Origin: an uncultured Christensenella sp.
Lineage (GTDB): Bacteria; Bacillota; Clostridia; Christensenellales; CAG-138
Assembly: GCA_964383635.1 (NCBI GenBank)
Contig: CAYLIG010000004.1
Coordinates: 10,814-74,813, forward strand
DNA: 64,000 nucleotides
Direction of reading: 5' to 3'
The notes under the pieces were generated by a model. The model was not told where the DNA came from. It searched no databases and saw only the letters and a program-made list of their open reading frames with translations. The first letter of the stretch is position 1, and every line of letters begins with the position of its first letter. Both the position numbers and the translations under genes were made by a program. This document shows, piece by piece, positions 54,722-62,832 of the stretch.

Positions 54722-54751
54722 AAAACGGCGCGGAATCATCCGCGCCGTTTT
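54722..54751. terminator. Bidirectional terminator
   Basis: AAAACGGCGCGGA-ATCA-TCCGCGCCGTTTT. Confidence 0.85.
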
Positions 54752-54769
54752 CTATTGCAAAAATTCAGG

Positions 54770-55957
54770 TTATGCCGCCGCAGCCGCCGTTTGTTCAAAT
54801 CCTGTTTTTCGGTTGCAGACGAGTATGGTCACATACATCGCTCCAAGGCAGGCGAGCAGATAATATGGCAGCCCCGCAAAGCCTGCGTTCTGCCCGACCC
54901 AGCCGACCAGCGGAGGCATGAGCGTGCTGCCGATATATGCGGACGCCATCTCAAGGCCGATGATCGCCTGGGAATACGCCGCGCCAAAGCGCTTTGGCGT
55001 GATGTGAATAAGGTTTGGAAACACCGGCGCGCAGCCGAGTCCAAAGAGCAAGAGCCCGGCAAGCGACCACATTTGCGGCAGCGGCATTGCCAGCAGCAGC
55101 GCGCCGGCCACCGCGAGCGCAATGCCCGAGAAGATGAGGGTTCGCTCTCTAACCCGCATCGCCAGCAGACCGGAGACCATGCGTCCGCCCATGATGCCGA
55201 AGAAAAACAACGATCCCCAGCTCGCCGCAACGCTTGCCTCAACCCCGCGCACGCTGACGAAATACGTCGCCGCCCAGAGTCCGACCGACGCTTCCGCCGC
55301 ACAATAAAAGAAAAACGAGAGCACGGCAAAGATCGCGCCGCGTTTTTTGATCGCCTTTCGGTTATCAATCTCAGCCGGCTCGCCGAGCAGTTCGTCCGGT
55401 TTTGCATGGGACACTTTTCCCCAGAGCGGCAGCGTGGCAAACATGATGACCGCAAGCGAGAGTTGAATGACGGAGACGAACCGGTAACCGCCATGCCAGT
55501 TACCGCCGAGCTTTAGAAAATGCGACATGATCAGCGGGCTGATCGTTGCGCCGACTCCCCAAAAGCTATGCAGAAAGCTCATATGGCTGGCTTTATAGTG
55601 CAGCGCGACATAGTTATTCAGCGCCGCGTCGATTGCGCCGCCGCCAAGCCCGAGAGGAAGCGCGAGCAGCAGCAGTACGACAAAACGATTCGCAAACGAA
55701 ATCGCCATCAGCGCGCTCGCCGTAAGCAATACGCACGCCGCGGTGACCCCGCCCGTGCCAAACCGCCGAATGACGCGCACGGAGATCAGGCTCGAAATCA
55801 CCGTTCCAACGGTAATGCCGATGGAAACGAATCCCGCGTAAGAAACAGGCGCGCCAAGCTGCGCATACGCAACCGGCCAGGCCGCGCCCAGCATGGAGTC
55901 CGGCAGGCCGAGGCTGATGAACGCCAGATAAATGATAACAAGCAAAATAGTAGCCAT
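54770..55957 (-). CDS. MFS transporter
   Basis: 395 aa, 12 TM. It has the typical MFS loop RVIRRFGTG. Confidence 0.8.
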   Translation of the reverse strand: MATILLVIIYLAFISLGLPDSMLGAAWPVAYAQLGAPVSYAGFVSIGITVGTVISSLISVRVIRRFGTGGVTAACVLLTASALMAISFANRFVVLLLLALPLGLGGGAIDAALNNYVALHYKASHMSFLHSFWGVGATISPLIMSHFLKLGGNWHGGYRFVSVIQLSLAVIMFATLPLWGKVSHAKPDELLGEPAEIDNRKAIKKRGAIFAVLSFFFYCAAEASVGLWAATYFVSVRGVEASVAASWGSLFFFGIMGGRMVSGLLAMRVRERTLIFSGIALAVAGALLLAMPLPQMWSLAGLLLFGLGCAPVFPNLIHITPKRFGAAYSQAIIGLEMASAYIGSTLMPPLVGWVGQNAGFAGLPYYLLACLGAMYVTILVCNRKTGFEQTAAAAA

Positions 55958-56130
55958 GCGCGTATTCTATCTGGTTTTTTCGTCAATGAAAAGCTATTTT
56001 TTCTGCTTCGGCGCAATGTTTCAATAAATTGGCGGGATCGTTTCATGGGTGCATATGATATCACAGTGATTCACAATAAAGTTGCCTTGATTCCGTGGTT
56101 TTTCCCGCCCGCATCCGGTATACTTTCTCT

Positions 56131-56922
56131 ATGAGCACTGCTGAACAGCCCAAACCCATCAATCCCCACACGCGCGGGCAGAAGATCGCCGCCATCCTAT
56201 CCATCGCGGTGTTTTTTATTGTACTTGCGCTTCTGGCCATATTCGTAGGCGGCCCGCTGATCCGAACGCTTGGCGATCCCGCGTCGTTTCGGGAGTGGAT
56301 CGATTCCCGCGGCGCATTGGGGCGCGTTCTATTCGTCGGCGTGATCATATTGCAGGTGGTCGTCGCGTTCATTCCCGCGGAGCCGCTCGAACTGGCCGCC
56401 GGCTATGCCTTCGGCGCGGTTTGGGGAACGCTGCTCGTATGGATCGGGCTCGTGATCGGCACCACGATCGTATTCCTCTTCGTCCGCAAGATCGGCGTCA
56501 AAGCGGTCGAGGTGTTCTTTCCGCGCGAAAAGATCGATTCCGTTAAATATCTGAACGACGAAAAAGCGCTCGGCGCAACCGCGTTTATTCTCTTTTTAAT
56601 CCCCGGCACCCCCAAAGACCTATTATCCTATGTCGCGGGGCTTACGAAAATTCGCCTGCTGCCCTGGATTCTTCTGACGAGCGTCGCGCGAATTCCGTCC
56701 ATTCTGACCTCCACTATCAGCGGAAACGCGCTCGAGCTGGGGCGGTACTGGCTGGCCGCCATCGTATTTGCCGCGACCGCGCTGGCATCCGGCGTCGGCA
56801 TTCTGCTTTACCGCCGCTCGGAGAGACGCCGCGCCTGGAAAGAGGCCGCGCAGGCGCTTGCCGGCACGCCGCTGCCCGAGCCGGACATCGATTTGCCGGA
56901 AGAGCAGGAGCCGAAGATTTGA
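56131..56922 (+). CDS. TVP38/TMEM64 (DedA-related, SNARE-associated) family membrane protein
   Basis: Start at MSTAEQ (56131). ..PAEPLELAAGYAFG.. and LIPGTPKDLLSYVAG motifs. Confidence 0.75.
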   Translation: MSTAEQPKPINPHTRGQKIAAILSIAVFFIVLALLAIFVGGPLIRTLGDPASFREWIDSRGALGRVLFVGVIILQVVVAFIPAEPLELAAGYAFGAVWGTLLVWIGLVIGTTIVFLFVRKIGVKAVEVFFPREKIDSVKYLNDEKALGATAFILFLIPGTPKDLLSYVAGLTKIRLLPWILLTSVARIPSILTSTISGNALELGRYWLAAIVFAATALASGVGILLYRRSERRRAWKEAAQALAGTPLPEPDIDLPEEQEPKI

Positions 56923-57037
56923 CGAGAATTTGACCTGGATTTTGCAGTGAACATGAGTGTTCCATGCATCGCGGCAGTTATTCCCTTTCTCACGATTTGT
57001 ATAGATATTCCTTGCGTTTTGCTGTATATTCACGGTG

Positions 57038-57109
57038 CTATCCACACCATCCACATACTTATCCACATTTTTTAGCGTTTAGTTACGCGATTTTAGTGAG
57101 TTTTCCACA
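57038..57109 (+). promoter_or_regulatory. DnaA-box cluster between convergent genes
   Basis: The boxes are CTATCCACA (57038-57046), CCATCCACA (57047-57055), TTATCCACA (57059-57067, perfect) and TTTTCCACA (57101-57109). All are in the same orientation. Confidence 0.65.
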
Positions 57110-57348
57110 CTCTCCGCTTTGAATATGGGTCGATTTCGTCATCAATCAATTCTCAAAAAACATCAAACAACACACATCCGCTATGCAATTATGACGAAAC
57201 TGTGTCCCTGAATTTTTGCAGGCTTTACTTTCAAAACAACATCGCCGCCTTTCTGTCCTGTCGGCGGAAACCGAAAAATACGCCTTGCTCTGAATCAGTA
57301 TTTCTGATAAATTTCGTAATTTTTTCGGATCGTCATCCCCCAAACATC

Positions 57349-57376
57349 AAAAAAACACGCGGCGGTTTCCGCGTGT
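57349..57376 (-). terminator. Intrinsic terminator of tsaD
   Basis: The minus strand reads ACACGCGG-AAACCG-CCGCGTGT followed by TTTTTTT. Confidence 0.85.
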
Positions 57377-57404
57377 TCCATTCGGTTTTCATAAAAATGC
57401 CGGA

Positions 57405-58496
57405 TCAGCCGTTTTCCGATTGCGCTTCAATCGAGAGATACGGAACCGCGTTGAGCGAGAGCGCGTCTGTTTTGCCCGACATGAGCTTGCCGTATGCGGC
57501 GCTGCCAACCATTGCCGCATTGTCCGTGCAATACGCAAAATCCGGACAGAAAAACGCGATCCCCGCCTGCTCCGCGCGCTGGCGCATCGCCTCGCGCAAT
57601 GCGCCGTTGGCCGAGACGCCCCCGGCGAGCGCAAGCTTTTTCCTCGAAGCCCCCGCCTGCATCTGCGCGGCGCGAACCGACTTGTCCGCGAGGATACCCA
57701 CGACTGTTTTCTGAAACGACGCGGCAAGATCCGCCCGGTTTACGGTTTCTCCCGCCTGCTCCGCGTTGTGCAGGCGGTTGACCACAGCGGTCTTGATGCC
57801 GGAAAAGCTGAAATCGAATCCGTCCCCTTCGTTGAACGCGGAATGAAACCGGTAACGGGTGGGATCTCCCTCCCGCGCCAGTTTTTCGAGGTTTGGCCCG
57901 CCGGGGTAGGGAAGTCCGAGCACACGCGCAACTTTATCAAACGCCTCGCCTGCCGCGTCGTCCCGCGTGCGTCCGACCAAACGGTATCGCTCGTAATCCT
58001 CCACGACGATGATATGGCTGTGACCGCCGGAGGCTACGAGGCACGTAAACGGCGGCTCCAGCTCGGGATAACTCAGATAGTTCGCCGCAATGTGCGAAGC
58101 GATGTGGTGTACGCCTAAAAACGGCAGACCAGCTGCGTAGGCAAGTCCCTTTGCATAGCTCAGGCCGACCAGCAGCGCGCCGACCAGCCCCGGACCGTTT
58201 GTCACCGCGACGGCGTCCAGCTCGCCCAACGTGAGTTCCGCTTCATCCAGCGCGCGGCGAACCACCGCGCCGATCTTCTGCACATGGCTGCGCGATGCGA
58301 TCTCCGGCACGACGCCGCCATATGGCATGTGCAGCGGAATCTGCGTATGCACGACGTTGCTCAGCACCGTCCGGCCGTTTTCCACAACCGCGGCGGCTGT
58401 TTCGTCACAGGAGGTTTCAATTGACAGGATGCGCACATGCAGGCTGTCGGACAATCCTTCCAGCCTGCGCTGCACTGCGCGTTCGTATTGCGTCAT
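57405..58496 (-). CDS. tsaD: tRNA N6-adenosine threonylcarbamoyltransferase
   Basis: ILSIETSCDETAAAVV, the GVHHIASHI metal site and the rest of the Kae1/TsaD fold are present. The start is uncertain (ATG 58496, TTG 58523, or an internal GTG). Confidence 0.9.
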   Translation of the reverse strand: MTQYERAVQRRLEGLSDSLHVRILSIETSCDETAAAVVENGRTVLSNVVHTQIPLHMPYGGVVPEIASRSHVQKIGAVVRRALDEAELTLGELDAVAVTNGPGLVGALLVGLSYAKGLAYAAGLPFLGVHHIASHIAANYLSYPELEPPFTCLVASGGHSHIIVVEDYERYRLVGRTRDDAAGEAFDKVARVLGLPYPGGPNLEKLAREGDPTRYRFHSAFNEGDGFDFSFSGIKTAVVNRLHNAEQAGETVNRADLAASFQKTVVGILADKSVRAAQMQAGASRKKLALAGGVSANGALREAMRQRAEQAGIAFFCPDFAYCTDNAAMVGSAAYGKLMSGKTDALSLNAVPYLSIEAQSENG

Positions 58497-58529
58497 AGTA
58501 CCGATCCAACCGTATCTGTTCAAAAAAGC

Positions 58530-59648
58530 CTAATCGTCCAGAAAGCCTGTGTCGTCGTGAATGCCCGTCTTCTGTTTTGTCGGCTTTACCGTGCGCTTCT
58601 GCGGCGGCTGTGTTTGCGCGGCGCTCCGCTTTTGCGTCGGTTTCTCCTGCGCGGCGCGCGGCGCGCGCGCCGGCTCGGCGGACTGCCGCTCGCGTTCCGC
58701 CCTTGCGGCGGCCTGTGCCGCGGCGCGTTTTTTCGCGCGTCTTTCCTCACGCAGACGCTCCTGCTCCGCTTCATTTGCGGCCGTCTCCGCCTCCGCCTGC
58801 TTTCGCGCCTTGACGGCGGCGATTCGTTCGCGCTTCTGCGCAAGACGTTTTTCTTCTTCGGCAGTGCGCTTGGCGGCGTAACGCGCTTTTTTGCGCGCGA
58901 TAACCGCGTCCTCGCGTGCTTTTTTACGCGCCAGCGCAACCGCGCGGCGGCGTTTATAGCCGTCCGAGGAGAGCACAACGGCCGTGATGCTCAGCGCGAT
59001 CAGCGCCAGGATTACAGCGCCTGCATACACGCTGACACGCGCGATGATATCCTGGAACACTTCCTCGGGCAGCATATTGATCATGTTGCTCTGCGAAGCG
59101 TCAAATTGCCAAAGGTCGTTCCAGAAGAGCATTTCGTGAAAAAACGTCCAGAAATTCGAAAAATCCAGCGCCGCCCATGTGCCAAGGAATCCAAAAACCA
59201 GCAAAAACACAAACGACCCGGAGAGGTATCCCTGCGCAAGATACTGCGGCGCCTTTCGAAAATGTATCACGGCGGCAAATAGGAACAGGATGAGCATGAC
59301 AAGCACGCCGACATCCCGATAGGAAGCAATTTGCGTATAGATCTGACGAACATCCGCCATGTGTTCCGCTTCCTGCGGATAGTCGAACATCGGCTTCACT
59401 TCGCCGTTGATGGTGACGTCCAGATTGATATCTTCCGCGTTGCCTTCCATGTAGGCGACAAGCTGGTCGAATGACTTGACAAGATCCGCGTTGCTGATCC
59501 CCATCTTGGCGCTGATGGCGAGCTTGGTAAACTCGTTGTTGATAAACGTCTGATCGTTGACCACCAGTCCGATGGACGTAAACAGTACGATCAGGATCAG
59601 AAGGATGGATGCCAGCGTCGCCATCCCGACGGATATGATTTTTCTCAT
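58530..59648 (-). CDS. TIGR01906-family integral membrane protein with about 150-aa highly charged C-terminal extension
   Basis: The N-terminal roughly 225 aa match the TIGR01906/DUF1461 pattern (..FHEMLFWNDLWQFD..). The tail is Ala/Arg/Lys/Glu-rich (ARKKAREDAVIARKKARYAAKRTAEEEKRLAQKRERIAAVKARKQAEAE...). Confidence 0.7.
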   Translation of the reverse strand: MRKIISVGMATLASILLILIVLFTSIGLVVNDQTFINNEFTKLAISAKMGISNADLVKSFDQLVAYMEGNAEDINLDVTINGEVKPMFDYPQEAEHMADVRQIYTQIASYRDVGVLVMLILFLFAAVIHFRKAPQYLAQGYLSGSFVFLLVFGFLGTWAALDFSNFWTFFHEMLFWNDLWQFDASQSNMINMLPEEVFQDIIARVSVYAGAVILALIALSITAVVLSSDGYKRRRAVALARKKAREDAVIARKKARYAAKRTAEEEKRLAQKRERIAAVKARKQAEAETAANEAEQERLREERRAKKRAAAQAAARAERERQSAEPARAPRAAQEKPTQKRSAAQTQPPQKRTVKPTKQKTGIHDDTGFLDD

Positions 59649-59875
59649 GAAGCCCTCTCTTCTAAACGTTACAGCGCGTAGCTTTTATTTCAATTTATAT
59701 GGTTCCGTTTTACGCAAAGCCATTATAACACAGTGCTTTTCGGCGGCATATTCCGAAAGCGCCGCAGCACGGCAAAGGCATACGTCGTGAGGATTATACC
59801 ATAATTTTGAATGCGCCGAGTAGTTTCCTCTGCGTTTACTGGCCGCAAAACGAAAGACACACCGTCGGTAAACGC

Positions 59876-59904
59876 TTGCCTGCCGTCCAAATCCACGGTA
59901 CAAT
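59876..59904 (+). promoter_or_regulatory. Sigma-A promoter of degV-family gene
   Basis: TTGCCT-17 nt-TACAAT. Confidence 0.6.
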
Positions 59905-60000
59905 ACAAGTAACTTGTTCCTTAACCCCAGCACCGGCTTTCCTGAAAACCATGATTAATCAGCGTGCCGTTTGAACCGGCATGCGGAAACGAGGCAACAC

Positions 60001-60864
60001 ATGAGCTACCGCATTTTCACCGACGCAACAAGCGATTTGCCGACGAAGTTTGCAGAGCAGCTGAACGTTACCGTACTCCCGATGGCTTTCACCATGGACG
60101 GAGCCGAGTATTTTTACATTCCCGGCCATTCGGACATGCCGATTGAAACATTCTACGCAAATATGCGATCCGGCAAGGATGTAACCACGGCGCAAGTCAA
60201 CACGTTTGCTTTCATCGAAGCGTTCGAACCCGTGCTCAAGGCGGGCGAGGATGTGCTTTACATCGGTTTTTCCTCTAAACTTTCGGGTACCGTACAGTCC
60301 GCATTCAGCGCGGCGGAGGAACTGTCCTCGAAATATCCCGAACGCAAAATCGTCGTAATCGACTCCTGCTCCGCTTCGCTTGGCGAAGGGCTTCTCGTCT
60401 ACTATGCCGCGAGAAAACAATCCCTTCCGCTGGACGAGCTTGCAAAGTGGGTGGCGGAGAACAAGCTGCGCTTTATACACTGGTTCACCGTAGACGATCT
60501 CGTCTATCTCAAGCGCGGCGGCAGAATCAGCGGGGCAACCGCCGCCATCGCCACCATACTGAACATTAAGCCCGTCATGCATGTGGATAACGAAGGCTAT
60601 CTCGTCGCGGTCGAAAAGGTGCAGGGCCGCAAAAAGTCGCTCCGCGCGCTCTTTGAGCATATGGAGAAAACCGTGGACCCCGCCGCAACGGACACCGTAT
60701 TCATCGGCCACTGCGACGCCGCGGCGGACGCGGAGTATGTCGCCTCGCTCGTGCATGAAACATATCCGGATATGATGATCCACATCGATACCATCGGTAC
60801 CAGCATCGGCGCGCATTCCGGGCCGGGAACCATCGCGCTGTTCTTCGTCGGAACCGAGCGATAA
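60001..60864 (+). CDS. DegV-family fatty-acid-binding protein
   Basis: Start at MSYRIFTDATSDLP. ..TTAQVN.., IDSCSASLGEG and TIGTSIGAHSGPG. Confidence 0.88.
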   Translation: MSYRIFTDATSDLPTKFAEQLNVTVLPMAFTMDGAEYFYIPGHSDMPIETFYANMRSGKDVTTAQVNTFAFIEAFEPVLKAGEDVLYIGFSSKLSGTVQSAFSAAEELSSKYPERKIVVIDSCSASLGEGLLVYYAARKQSLPLDELAKWVAENKLRFIHWFTVDDLVYLKRGGRISGATAAIATILNIKPVMHVDNEGYLVAVEKVQGRKKSLRALFEHMEKTVDPAATDTVFIGHCDAAADAEYVASLVHETYPDMMIHIDTIGTSIGAHSGPGTIALFFVGTER

Positions 60865-60877
60865 CATTCGGCGCATA

Positions 60878-61082
60878 CAGGCAGGCGGTCTTCCGCCTGC
60901 TTTGTCTTTTCCGTTCCCGATCAACGAAAATACGCCGCCGCACTTGCCTTACCGGCGCGATATCGCTACATGGTAAAATCGGACATAAACAGGCAGGCGG
61001 TCTTCCGCCTGCTTTGTCTTTTCCGTTCCCGATCTACGAAAATACGCCGCCGCACTTGCCTTACCAGCGCGATATCGCTACA
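60878..61082 (+). repeat. Tandem duplication of a 93-nt terminator-plus-promoter module (period 112 nt)
   Basis: The copies are 60878-60970 and 60990-61082, with 2 substitutions. Each carries the GCAGGCGG-TCTT-CCGCCTGC hairpin followed by a T-rich tract, and then TTGCCT-N17-TACA(TG/AT). Confidence 0.9.
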
Positions 61083-61084
61083 AT
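61056..61084 (+). promoter_or_regulatory. Sigma-A promoter (in repeat copy 2) for the CBS-pyrophosphatase gene
   Basis: TTGCCT-17 nt-TACAAT. The copy-1 equivalent has the weaker -10 TACATG. Confidence 0.6.
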
Positions 61085-61177
61085 TAAAACACAAAAGAAA
61101 AATAAAATTCGGTGGTCAGCCGGTATTTTGTTTCGCCCGCGGCGTACCAGCGCCGTGTCCGAAACACTGGAGGATGA

Positions 61178-62791
61178 ATGGAACCCATCTATATCACGGG
61201 ACATCGCAATCCGGACACGGACTCCATTGTGGCAGCGCTTTCTTATGCCATGCTAAAAAACGCGCTGGGCGAGCGCGCCTATCAAGCCGCGCGAATCGGC
61301 GAGCTGAGCGATCAAACGGATATGCTGCTCAAAAAGTTCGACTTCGCGCCGCCGAAATTGCTGCATACGGTACGAACGCAGGTGTCGGATCTTGACTACG
61401 ACACGCCGCCCATCCTCTCCGCGGCGGTGAGCGTATACCACGCCTGGCAAACCATCGTCAACGACACGGCGGGCGTCCCCACGCTGCCGGTCACGGACGA
61501 AGACGGTCGGCTGTACGGCATGCTGACGCCGGAGGAAATCGCCGCCTACGACATGCGCTTCATCAAGAACAGCCGGCTGGAAGGGATTCCGCTGTTTAAT
61601 CTGCTTGCCAGCATCGACGGACGCTTGATCAGCGCGGCGACAGAACAGACGGAGATTTCGGGTTCGCTCGTTGTCGCGCTTCCGACGCACGTTGGTCTTC
61701 CCGAAATCTCTCAAGACAGCGTCGTTCTCTGCGGCAACCAGCCGGAGGTGGTCCGTCTCGCGCTTGAGCGCCGCGCCGCGGCGCTGATCGTCTGCGAAAG
61801 CGAAGTGGATACCTCGCTGATTCCAAACGACAGCACAACCTGCGTCGTCTCTACGCCGTTTGACGCATATGCCGCTTCAAGGCTTGTGTTTCTTGCCGTA
61901 CCGGTATCGCGTATCTGCCGAAAGGACGGCCTTGTCTCCTTTCATCTGACGGATTATCTGGACGATGTGCGCGAGACCACGCTGAAATCCCGCTACCGCA
62001 GTTATCCGATTCTGGACGAACACGACCGCGTGGTCGGCACGCTTGCGCGGTTCCATCTGCTGCGCCCCAAGAGAAAGCGCGTCGTGCTTGTTGACCACAA
62101 CGAGCTGCATCAGTCCGTCCCCGGTTTGGAGCAGGCGGAGATATTGGAAATCATCGACCATCACCGCCTCGCGGAGGTGGAGACGGACGCGCCGGTCTAT
62201 GTTCGAAACGAGCCGGTCGGCAGCACCTGTACCATCATCACCAGCATGTTTTTCGAGCGCGGCGTCATGCCCAGCAAAAAACTCGCGGGGCTGCTTGCGG
62301 CGGCCATCGTAACGGACACCATCGTGTTTAAGTCGCCAACGAGCACGCCGGTCGACCGCTCCATGGCGGAGCGCATGGCGAAGATCGCCGGGCTGACGCT
62401 GGAAAAGCTCGGACAGGAAATCTTCTCCGTTTCTCCGGCGGACGGAACCGATCTGGATGAGCTCTATTTCGACGACTTCAAGCAATTTCAGATTGCCGGG
62501 CATTCGCTGGGCATCTCGCAAATCACCTCGCTGGACACGGAGGCGCTCGGCAAAAAGAAACAGGAGTTCATCGATCTCATGGAGCGCGAGATGGCGCAGC
62601 ACAGCTACGATATCATGCTGCTCATGCTCACGGACGTACTCAAGGAAGGCACGCTGCTCATCGCCGTCGGCGATCTGGACGCCGTGGAACATGCGATGAA
62701 CATCTCTTTTAAAAACAACGCGGCGTTTCTGCCGGGCGTCATTTCCAGAAAGAAGCAGATTGTACCGGCGTTGTCTTTGATCTGGGGTTGA
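61178..62791 (+). CDS. Family II (DHH) manganese-dependent inorganic pyrophosphatase with CBS/DRTGG insert
   Basis: ITGHRNPDTDSIVAA (DHH motif I), a CBS pair, VLVDHNE, IIDHHRL and a C-terminal DHHA2 region. Confidence 0.85.
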   Translation: MEPIYITGHRNPDTDSIVAALSYAMLKNALGERAYQAARIGELSDQTDMLLKKFDFAPPKLLHTVRTQVSDLDYDTPPILSAAVSVYHAWQTIVNDTAGVPTLPVTDEDGRLYGMLTPEEIAAYDMRFIKNSRLEGIPLFNLLASIDGRLISAATEQTEISGSLVVALPTHVGLPEISQDSVVLCGNQPEVVRLALERRAAALIVCESEVDTSLIPNDSTTCVVSTPFDAYAASRLVFLAVPVSRICRKDGLVSFHLTDYLDDVRETTLKSRYRSYPILDEHDRVVGTLARFHLLRPKRKRVVLVDHNELHQSVPGLEQAEILEIIDHHRLAEVETDAPVYVRNEPVGSTCTIITSMFFERGVMPSKKLAGLLAAAIVTDTIVFKSPTSTPVDRSMAERMAKIAGLTLEKLGQEIFSVSPADGTDLDELYFDDFKQFQIAGHSLGISQITSLDTEALGKKKQEFIDLMEREMAQHSYDIMLLMLTDVLKEGTLLIAVGDLDAVEHAMNISFKNNAAFLPGVISRKKQIVPALSLIWG

Positions 62792-62832
62792 TCGACCCGC
62801 ACAACGGCGGCCGCCTCGTAAAAGGAGTCAGA

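Noticed and set aside
56953-57075. A 40-codon hydrophobic ORF (MSVPCIAAVIPFLTICIDIPCVLLYIHGAIHTIHILIHIF).
   Set aside because: It has no RBS. Its His/Ile-rich C-terminus is simply the translation of the repeated ATCCACA DnaA boxes.
57038-57200. The chromosomal replication origin (oriC), suggested by clustered DnaA boxes next to AT-rich DNA.
   Set aside because: No dnaA, dnaN or rpmH is in the window. There are only four boxes, and I could read no convincing DnaA-trio or GC-cluster/DUE architecture. It is interpreted as an extra-origin DnaA-box cluster.
57146-57343. A 65-aa minus-strand ORF downstream of tsaD.
   Set aside because: It starts with TTG immediately after the tsaD terminator T-run, has no RBS and has an odd Cys/Arg-rich composition.
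60878-61082. A CRISPR-like array.
   Set aside because: There are only two copies of a 93-nt unit with a 19-nt spacer, which is the wrong size. Each unit is explained as a terminator plus promoter, and no cas genes are present.
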